A DNA stretch of 64,000 nucleotides from a virus: positions 32,001 to 96,000 of IMG/VR virus record IMGVR_UViG_3300028412_000004. One strand, given 5' to 3'. Position 1 is the stretch's first letter, and each line of letters opens with the position of its first letter. The position numbers and the translations under genes are program-made. The notes below the pieces were generated by a model. That model was given only the letters and a program-made list of their open reading frames with translations. It was not told the origin of the DNA and searched no databases. Positions 57,500 to 64,000 of this stretch are shown here, piece after piece.

Positions 57500-58042
57500 A
57501 TGCATAAGAAACCTATGTCACCACAAACAGCTTGCAATAAGGCCAAGACCGCATTCCCGGAAGACCCTGACGAAGCTCTAGGTCCTATAGTCCGGATGCA
57601 GTGGCTCATGATCAAATCCCGCAGAAAAGGTCTAAGTGAGGAGGAGTTCCGGGAATACGTTGACATAGTGGACAAGAACTCCGAAGAGATATCGAAGTGG
57701 CACGAACGCTGGTTGTGCTCAGTGTTTGACACCTACGCTGAGAATGGTGAAGCTGTTTTTCTCGTGTTTAGTGTGATGCGTATGATGGAAAAGATGGCGT
57801 GTCCGCGTAAGAGTATTTCTGATCAATTTGTACGTTCCGTAAGTCTGAACAACATGGACATACACACAGCACTGGCGTATAGGATAAAAAAACTTCAGAA
57901 AGGGCACCCTTACATGTCTAAACTTACAACCAGTATGCTTAAACAAATCGAAGCAGATAAAGGATCTGTATTGGGCCGAGTTTCTCTTCTAAGGAAGCCT
58001 GGTGAGTCTGTTGTAGACGGTATGAATCGTATACTAAAATGA
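57500..58042 (+). CDS. hypothetical helical protein
   Basis: 180 aa ORF, overlaps the next gene. Confidence 0.6.
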   Translation: MHKKPMSPQTACNKAKTAFPEDPDEALGPIVRMQWLMIKSRRKGLSEEEFREYVDIVDKNSEEISKWHERWLCSVFDTYAENGEAVFLVFSVMRMMEKMACPRKSISDQFVRSVSLNNMDIHTALAYRIKKLQKGHPYMSKLTTSMLKQIEADKGSVLGRVSLLRKPGESVVDGMNRILK

Positions 58043-58629
58043 TTGATCTGACTAGAAATTGGGTGTTCCTGCATCCTTCCAAGACGGGCGGCTCCTCTGT
58101 AGAAGTAGCTTTGATGGAAAGTGCCTTAAACACTGGATCTGAGGTGGAATCAGTCTTCGGTCCTCTTTTCGCGGTGTGGGGTCCCGATGGTAAGCAGCAC
58201 TGGTCCTACGAGAAGATGGTATGCCATTTTCACTTTACCGCACATTGGAAGAAGTTTGCGACAGTCCGCCACCCTTACACACGTGTGCTATCTGAGTTTC
58301 GCTATCAGCTCTCCGGTAACAGACGCAAGGATGGTAACCAGGAGTGCTACGCCTCCGCTGATATTAACGCAGCTATAAAGTCTAAGACTTTGTGGCGCTG
58401 CGCGTGGCCCTGGCACGGTATGTCGCAATTTGCATACCTTAGCGACGACGTTGAGTTAATACGGTTCGAGAACCTTACGGAGGATTTTAAAAAAGTGACA
58501 GGGCTGGACAACCTCAAACATGTGCTGAAATCGCCTGAGGTTGAGCTTGACGAGCTGGACGATGAGTCTAAATCTATCATTCAGAAGAAATTTCCTTTGG
58601 ATTTTCTGAAACTAAACTACGATCCATAA
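58039..58629 (+). CDS. sulfotransferase (Sulfotransfer_2-like)
   Basis: FLHPSKTGGSSV and FATVRHPYTRVLSEFRY. Confidence 0.85.
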   Translation: MIDLTRNWVFLHPSKTGGSSVEVALMESALNTGSEVESVFGPLFAVWGPDGKQHWSYEKMVCHFHFTAHWKKFATVRHPYTRVLSEFRYQLSGNRRKDGNQECYASADINAAIKSKTLWRCAWPWHGMSQFAYLSDDVELIRFENLTEDFKKVTGLDNLKHVLKSPEVELDELDDESKSIIQKKFPLDFLKLNYDP

Positions 58630-58632
58630 TAT

Positions 58633-59013
58633 ATGCAGGAGAACGTCATATTATTTTTATCAGGGTTGATTTGTGTGGGCTGGGTGCTGGAGCTGTGGTT
58701 CAAGGACGCTCCGCCGACCTGGTTAATCAAGTCATTGGCTGTAGCAACATTTACGTCGAGGCAGACGCCGCAATACTCGAATGAGGATGAGTGGTTGATC
58801 TACGCCAATTTGAACCTGGGACTGCTCGGAGGGCTGCTTACTTGCAGACAATGCCTCAGCCAGCACGTGTCCTTCTGGGGCGCGCTATTCTTACAAGTGT
58901 TCCTGGATTCTGCGGACGTATACACACGGTGTGGGTTATTCTTAACCTGCGCGCTAGGTTGGCCTTATCTGTTAAACATCATGTCCAGTATATTAGAAAA
59001 AAATGAGTACTAG
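58633..59013 (+). CDS. membrane protein with CxxC (DUF1360-like)
   Basis: Hydrophobic helices around GLLTCRQCLSQHVSFW. Confidence 0.6.
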   Translation: MQENVILFLSGLICVGWVLELWFKDAPPTWLIKSLAVATFTSRQTPQYSNEDEWLIYANLNLGLLGGLLTCRQCLSQHVSFWGALFLQVFLDSADVYTRCGLFLTCALGWPYLLNIMSSILEKNEY

Positions 59014-59368
59014 AAACTTGCATCTGTTCCGTATGGTGGACGGTAAAAAAACACCAGTAATTATAACCGTGGACAAAGACATGATTATTCTGTCCGAGCG
59101 CGAAGACGGTGCGTCCAACCAAGGCATTATTATGGGGGACCGGTTCGATGAGGAAGGTAATAAGATAGGGCTCGCGATACAGCCAGGGGAGTCGGAAGTT
59201 CTCAGATTCTTTACACCGGGATACAAATGTACGACCGCGGGGTGTCAAAAGCTCCATGATGAGTATCAACGGAAAGTAGATACTGCTAAAGCCGCTAATT
59301 GTAAAAACTGCGAGTTAGGGGCCTTGATAAGAGAATACGCCCCTAGGGTGCGAGAGATCCTAAAGTAA
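59003..59368 (+). CDS. small Cys-motif protein
   Basis: CTTAGC and CKNC. Confidence 0.6.
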   Translation: MSTRNLHLFRMVDGKKTPVIITVDKDMIILSEREDGASNQGIIMGDRFDEEGNKIGLAIQPGESEVLRFFTPGYKCTTAGCQKLHDEYQRKVDTAKAANCKNCELGALIREYAPRVREILK

Positions 59369-59541
59369 TGGAATTACCTGGATTAGATGCGGATCTGCAG
59401 CGTAAGCTGGCTGTAGAGATCTCTAGACCCGGTTGCAGATCCTGCGCCAAGTCTAAAACTATCCGAAAGTATAAAAAAATCCAGGACGCTCGAAATGCAT
59501 CCCCACAAAACAACCTTGATAAGAAGCGTAATCACAGGTAG
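59368..59541 (+). CDS. 57 aa basic CxxC protein, not in the ORF track
   Basis: TAATG coupling; translated by hand as MELPGLDADLQRKLAVEISRPGCRSCAKSKTIRKYKK.. Confidence 0.55.
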   Translation: MELPGLDADLQRKLAVEISRPGCRSCAKSKTIRKYKKIQDARNASPQNNLDKKRNHR

Positions 59542-59550
59542 CTATAGTAT
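59516..59550 (+). promoter_or_regulatory. TTGATA promoter candidate before the sigma gene
   Basis: TTG 35 nt before GTG 59551. Confidence 0.4.
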
Positions 59551-60270
59551 GTGGATACCAATGAACCCTTAGAACCTTACGACCGCTGGAAGCAAGATCC
59601 CTCTCCTGGAAACCTCAAGGTTGCTGTGGATAGTCTCTCTCCGACGATCGACAATGTCCTGCGCAGTATAGGAGCTGCGGGTGATCCGTATCTAAAAACA
59701 AAGGCCAGAGTTCTGGCGTCTGGTGCGGTAAAGTCCTACGATCCGCAGTATGGGGCCAATATGCACACCTGGGTGTCCCGCCAGCTTTTACCTCTACGAC
59801 GCATGAAGCGCCGAAACCAATCCGTTGTCGATATTCCTGAGAGTATCCAACTGGACGCCTTTAAACTTATGAAGGCTGAGAATAAATTCTTAGATGAGAA
59901 CGACCGGGAGCCTGATCTTATTGAGCTCTCTGATATCACAAACCTCCCGAAGAAACGCATAGAGAAGGTGAGGGCGCTGCAGATGCCCACGCCCGCTGAG
60001 GGGGCTTATGTCGATGATTCAGGAGCTGCGGTAGGCCTTCCGGGAGGTAATTCCGACTACTTATCTGAGGCGATGGATTACGTCTACCACGACCTAGATT
60101 ATACAGACCGTAAGATCATGGAGTATAAATCAGGTTATGGCGGCTCCAGAATACTCCCATCGATCGAAATTGCTAAGAGGTTAAAACTGACACCGTCGCA
60201 ACTCACCCGACGCAGCGCTAAACTAGGGTATAAAGTGCAGGAAATCGAGAACGCACTATCCAGCACATGA
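59551..60270 (+). CDS. sigma70-family sigma factor (regions 2, 3 and 4; FliA/SigF-like size)
   Basis: AVKSYDPQYGANMHTWV (region 2), DREPDLIELSDIT (region 3), IEIAKRLKLTPSQL (region 4 HTH). Confidence 0.85.
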   Translation: MDTNEPLEPYDRWKQDPSPGNLKVAVDSLSPTIDNVLRSIGAAGDPYLKTKARVLASGAVKSYDPQYGANMHTWVSRQLLPLRRMKRRNQSVVDIPESIQLDAFKLMKAENKFLDENDREPDLIELSDITNLPKKRIEKVRALQMPTPAEGAYVDDSGAAVGLPGGNSDYLSEAMDYVYHDLDYTDRKIMEYKSGYGGSRILPSIEIAKRLKLTPSQLTRRSAKLGYKVQEIENALSST

Positions 60271-60620
60271 AATACGAAGCTACAATTTATTTTGACAAAG
60301 ACTCCAAGATCAAAGGTCTTAAGGATGAAGCAAATTACGCGGCTGGCGCTGTGTCAATACTGCCCCCGTTTTCTGACGAGGCAGCCACACTGGAATTTGA
60401 AGATTTAGAGGCAGAATTAGATGCAGCTGACGCCGCTATCACATCGTCTAACTTTAACTCACATCCTGAGAGAATAAACTTAGTTCATGCTGCGGCCATG
60501 CTTCGAGACGCAGAGTATGCTACAGCATCTCGCAGGTTTGTGAAGGCCTTAGGAGTGCAGGGCTCTTTCAGGCATCTATACGAGGTAGGTAAATCTCACA
60601 TCGATACGAACGGAATATAA
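60267..60620 (+). CDS. hypothetical protein
   Basis: ATGA overlap with the sigma gene. Confidence 0.6.
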   Translation: MKYEATIYFDKDSKIKGLKDEANYAAGAVSILPPFSDEAATLEFEDLEAELDAADAAITSSNFNSHPERINLVHAAAMLRDAEYATASRRFVKALGVQGSFRHLYEVGKSHIDTNGI

Positions 60621-60622
60621 AC

Positions 60623-61024
60623 ATGAAAAAAAGTATCCGCATAGACTTTACAGGAAACGCTCCAAAGCTGGATTTCAACAGACCTGTGGAAGGTTTCGAA
60701 AACACCATTCAACGCGCACTGGTTAACATAGGCACGCATCGTAATGATCTAAACTTATTCGAGAATAAAGGCACAGATTTATTGCGGAGGGGTGTAGAGG
60801 GTTCCTTAATCTCCATCCAAGCTGCGCAACACCAATCCAATTTCGCGGCTATTGAGACCTTGCTGTTCATGCGAGAGGAGGCTGCAAATACACTCGACGC
60901 AGGTGAGGGCCTGAGCAAAATAGGATTAGAACCCGCCTCACCTCTAGAAAATGGGCGGTTGAACATAAACGCAATATTCACCTCTGACACAGGAGAGGTG
61001 GTTGGCGCTGCCGGCAACATATAA
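60623..61024 (+). CDS. baseplate wedge gp25-like protein
   Basis: IQRALVNIGT..G..LFENKGTDL pattern; directly before the J-like gene. Confidence 0.55.
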   Translation: MKKSIRIDFTGNAPKLDFNRPVEGFENTIQRALVNIGTHRNDLNLFENKGTDLLRRGVEGSLISIQAAQHQSNFAAIETLLFMREEAANTLDAGEGLSKIGLEPASPLENGRLNINAIFTSDTGEVVGAAGNI

Positions 61025-61025
61025 T

Positions 61026-62765
61026 ATGAATTACCCAGACATCTTAGACATTTACTTCCCCGAAATCGGAGAGATTGATAAATCTCGGGTATTGGACACT
61101 CGTGCGCGTGTGGTTGCTTACCTAGCCCGCGGTTGGCCAGACGTGGACATGAGTCCTGGATCCGTCTTCGGAGATACCTACATAGACCCTGCGGCTTACC
61201 TCTTCGCAGCGCTGGAGACGGCTATGGGGCGTTACATGAGCGACCTAGACTTAGAGAACGTCGCACAAGGTATAATCTACAACTGCGACTTTGTAGAAAA
61301 ATACTTGGGTAATTTTGTAGATTCCCACAACCAATACTTAAAGGCCTCCGGAGTGGTGCGGCTTGTGTTTAACACAGATAAGGCCTACACGCTGGATCGC
61401 GGAATCCGTTTCAGGACGAGCGAAACGGACATCACGAACAACTTCAGCATAAGGCTCCCTTTCCCGGGAGACTGTGAAATACTCCCTACGGATGGTGCGG
61501 TAGTCGTTGGAGAAAATTCACAAACTCTTAAGAAGGTAGGAGCGAACACTTTCGTCGTGGATGTGCCAGTCGTAGGCGACATGAACTCACCGCTACTGTC
61601 TGGAGCCTTACTAGCCACCAACCAACTTGTCCAGGAGTTGGTGTCTGTTACAGCTCTTTACGATTTCTTCGACGCATCCGAGGCCCTTTCTCTACGTGTA
61701 TTGGCGCAGCGATCGCGACAGACATATTACTCTAAAGGACTGACAAGCAGAGGCAACGCCGCAAGCCTCATACGTAAAGAGTTCCCAGGCGTCACAGGCG
61801 TGTCACCTGTATTATCTGGGGATGATATTATGCTGCGTACAGCTGCTAATTTATTCGGGGTATTCGACGGCGGTGTGGACCTCTACGTCAAATCACAAGG
61901 GTTCACTTTCAAAGAGACTGCTGTCATCAAACTAATTTACTCTCCCTACGACGCGAGCGCTCCTGGTGTGGATGAAAGTTTCAAAGGGATATTGGAGCTG
62001 CCTGAGATACCGTATGTGGTAGACTCCGTCAAATGGGTCGGTGATACCAATGTAGCACTGTCCTACGATTTCATCATGTCTTCCTCCGACATTTCCAGAG
62101 CGCCTATGCTCTCTGCCGCATACTCTATGTTAGACAAGACCTACATTAACGTGCAGATGCCAACAGACATCGATGGTGATGTTATAACTACACAAGTCGA
62201 TGGAGATGGTAAAGAATACGCCGAGTTTGAAATAACTTACCGTGCGGATCCTCTGCTGAAAGGTATCGCTGCTTTTGTGCAGGGTCCTGATGTCGCGCCG
62301 GTTGGTGTAGATGTGCTGGTAAAAGGTTTTGTACCTATCGTCATAAGCAATATGACGGTCGTGTATAGAAAGGATGCGGGAAGGTCTTTCAACCGCAGAA
62401 AAGCTAGAGAAGAGATACTGGAGTATCTTCGAACATTGGCTTACCCAGATACTATCACACTGAGTAAGTTGGCAGACTCGATGTTCTACGCAGGAGCCGC
62501 TGATGTTAAAGACGTGCTTATCACGGCCGAGATCCGGTGGTCCTTAGGAACTCGGGTCAGCAGTGTAGCGGTAACTGGTACAGATCTCATCGAGCAGGAC
62601 ACCGTGGTAGTACCACCGCAGGCTATAACTACCTTGTCCGGGTTGAAGGCTACTCAAATAGACCCTGATCTAGGATTTGCTACAGAAAGCTTTAAAGCGG
62701 GTAGTGTTAGAAACTTCTGCTACGTTATAGATCCTGAAAACATTAACTTCAGTGAAGAACTTTAA
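61026..62765 (+). CDS. baseplate J / gp6-like wedge protein
   Basis: DMSPGSVFGD..IDPAA N-terminus; GDDIMLR..GGVDLYVK; start moved to ATG 61026. Confidence 0.7.
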   Translation: MNYPDILDIYFPEIGEIDKSRVLDTRARVVAYLARGWPDVDMSPGSVFGDTYIDPAAYLFAALETAMGRYMSDLDLENVAQGIIYNCDFVEKYLGNFVDSHNQYLKASGVVRLVFNTDKAYTLDRGIRFRTSETDITNNFSIRLPFPGDCEILPTDGAVVVGENSQTLKKVGANTFVVDVPVVGDMNSPLLSGALLATNQLVQELVSVTALYDFFDASEALSLRVLAQRSRQTYYSKGLTSRGNAASLIRKEFPGVTGVSPVLSGDDIMLRTAANLFGVFDGGVDLYVKSQGFTFKETAVIKLIYSPYDASAPGVDESFKGILELPEIPYVVDSVKWVGDTNVALSYDFIMSSSDISRAPMLSAAYSMLDKTYINVQMPTDIDGDVITTQVDGDGKEYAEFEITYRADPLLKGIAAFVQGPDVAPVGVDVLVKGFVPIVISNMTVVYRKDAGRSFNRRKAREEILEYLRTLAYPDTITLSKLADSMFYAGAADVKDVLITAEIRWSLGTRVSSVAVTGTDLIEQDTVVVPPQAITTLSGLKATQIDPDLGFATESFKAGSVRNFCYVIDPENINFSEEL

Positions 62766-64000
62766 TGGCCACACAACTCAACAACAAGCATGAGATAAGA
62801 CCCCGGCTGGGCTCTTTCTGGTATGACCAGATGGATACCGAGCAGGCAAAGGGTATTACTGCCATGCAACACCTTGTGGACCATTCCCGAGCGCAGAATC
62901 AACTGCAGGCTTCTGGGGATTGGGCACTGAATGCAGAATACGCCCGAGAGAATGATATTACACTACACTACGATCCGAGAGACGTTGTGAAGGTAGGAAG
63001 CATGTGGGAGATAACTCTATCGGATGATATCTACGCATCTGCCGTAATGACGGCCGACGGTCGCACGATGTTGCGCGGGATAGGTTTCGACGCGAACAAC
63101 ACCACAATCAGCTTCCACGACCACCCAGACACACTTTTCAAAAACAACTCAATCCTACTAGTGTCCGCTGAGGTTGGTAGAAGGAACCTGCTGTCCTATA
63201 CCATGCAGCTGGACGACATAAAAGGACCTGTCGATTATGTAAGGGACTACTACAGAGGCAGTCAGTCCCCATTAAAATTTGAACGTGCGCTCGCCCAGGC
63301 AGCTGGTTTAAAAATCACACCTCAGGACGGGTTCCTATTGCGAGCCACTACGACTGACGAGGGCATTTGTTACGAGTTCGACTACGGCTCTATCTGTGTA
63401 TCTTACGCACACGACTTTTTATTAGCACATACCTACTACTACGCGCACACCATAATAGGCGACCAGGTTAAAGTGTTTGCGTCGAACATAAGTGACGGCG
63501 CTTCCGCGGCTGATGGTTACGACCTGTATGATAACTTAGTGGATTGGAGTGACGGACTCTTACTGGACAGCATTTGCCCTATAAAGGAAGTCACCGTTCC
63601 TTTCGGAGATGTCGGCTTCACTACCGTAGTGTCTGGAAGCTCTGTACATTTAAAGTTTGATGCTTCCGACACGGCGCAGCCTAATAATTTACTTACCCCT
63701 ACCACCGCTGTAGACGATAAATTTCACGGGTGGTTATGGAACAGTGAGAAACGCTCAGGGTTGTATCTAAACTCCTTGCTGCCGGCTCCTTTTTCAACAG
63801 CCGGACAAACAGGGTCTGTAAACCTGCTGCAGTTGATGTTCCAACATCTGCTAGGGCGGCGTGGTTTAGTAATCGACCTTAGAACCGAGAGTATAGGAGA
63901 AGAATACCACAACCGTGCTTTGAAGTTCATTTACCGAGAAAAGCCTATGGGAGTTATCCCTATCGTACGAGGGTTTGCAGCAAACTACCCAGACCCGAGC
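62765..64000 (+). CDS. probable baseplate wedge protein, 3'-truncated, not in the ORF track
   Basis: TAATG coupling; hand translation of the first ~190 codons (MATQLNNKHEIRPRLGSFWY..) shows no stop; the rest was not fully checked. Confidence 0.55.
   Translation, partial: MATQLNNKHEIRPRLGSFWYDQMDTEQAKGITAMQHLVDHSRAQNQLQASGDWALNAEYARENDITLHYDPRDVVKVGSMWEITLSDDIYASAVMTADGRTMLRGIGFDANNTTISFHDHPDTLFKNNSILLVSAEVGRRNLLSYTMQLDDIKGPVDYVRDYYRGSQSPLKFERALAQAAGLKITPQDGFLLRATTTDEGICYEFDYGSICVSYAHDFLLAHTYYYAHTIIGDQVKVFASNISDGASAADGYDLYDNLVDWSDGLLLDSICPIKEVTVPFGDVGFTTVVSGSSVHLKFDASDTAQPNNLLTPTTAVDDKFHGWLWNSEKRSGLYLNSLLPAPFSTAGQTGSVNLLQLMFQHLLGRRGLVIDLRTESIGEEYHNRALKFIYREKPMGVIPIVRGFAANYPDPS

Noticed and set aside
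720-63930. Many minus-strand and alternate-frame ORFs in the track (e.g. 2912..3688, 8308..8790, 29068..29607, 32164..32637, 44139..44777, 46595..47044)
   Set aside because: They shadow well-supported + strand genes, show no motifs and have antisense-type composition
36387-64000. Tailocin or extracellular contractile injection system
   Set aside because: Prohead protease, scaffold, capsid and neck genes are present
1-64000. Stop-codon reassignment
   Set aside because: Standard-code ORFs tile the window densely, and TAA, TAG and TGA all end genes at tight junctions
1-64000. tRNA, rRNA, terminase, portal, integrase
   Set aside because: None recognised by eye; a divergent portal among the unassigned ORFs cannot be excluded

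Overview
This 64 kb window is the morphogenesis region of a large, divergent contractile-tailed (myovirus-type) bacteriophage. All credible genes are on the + strand. It encodes a bacterial-type multisubunit RNA polymerase split unusually into a beta C-terminal/beta' N-terminal fusion (5081-8035, intein), a beta' catalytic piece carrying NADFDGD (9596-10747) and a beta' C-terminal piece (18056-21061, intein in the trigger loop). A sigma70-family factor (59551-60270) sits among the baseplate genes. Head genes (protease, scaffold, HK97-fold capsid) and many unannotated neighbours carry a repeated K-x-A-(S/A/G) motif, probably a maturation-cleavage signal marking packaged cargo. Neck, sheath, tube, spike, chaperone pair (with a -1 slippery site), tape measure and baseplate follow. 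There is also a glycosyl-, methyl- and sulfotransferase cluster beside a Ser/Gly-repeat protein. Two regulatory classes are visible: about ten TTG-type promoters placed so that transcription would start at the start codon, and two non-structural gene islands sharing a separate bipartite upstream motif, a strong terminal hairpin and a TTTTA(G/C)CTATCAGC border. Family calls come from motif recognition by eye, with no database searches. Terminase, portal, RNAP alpha and the N-terminal part of beta were not recognised in this window.
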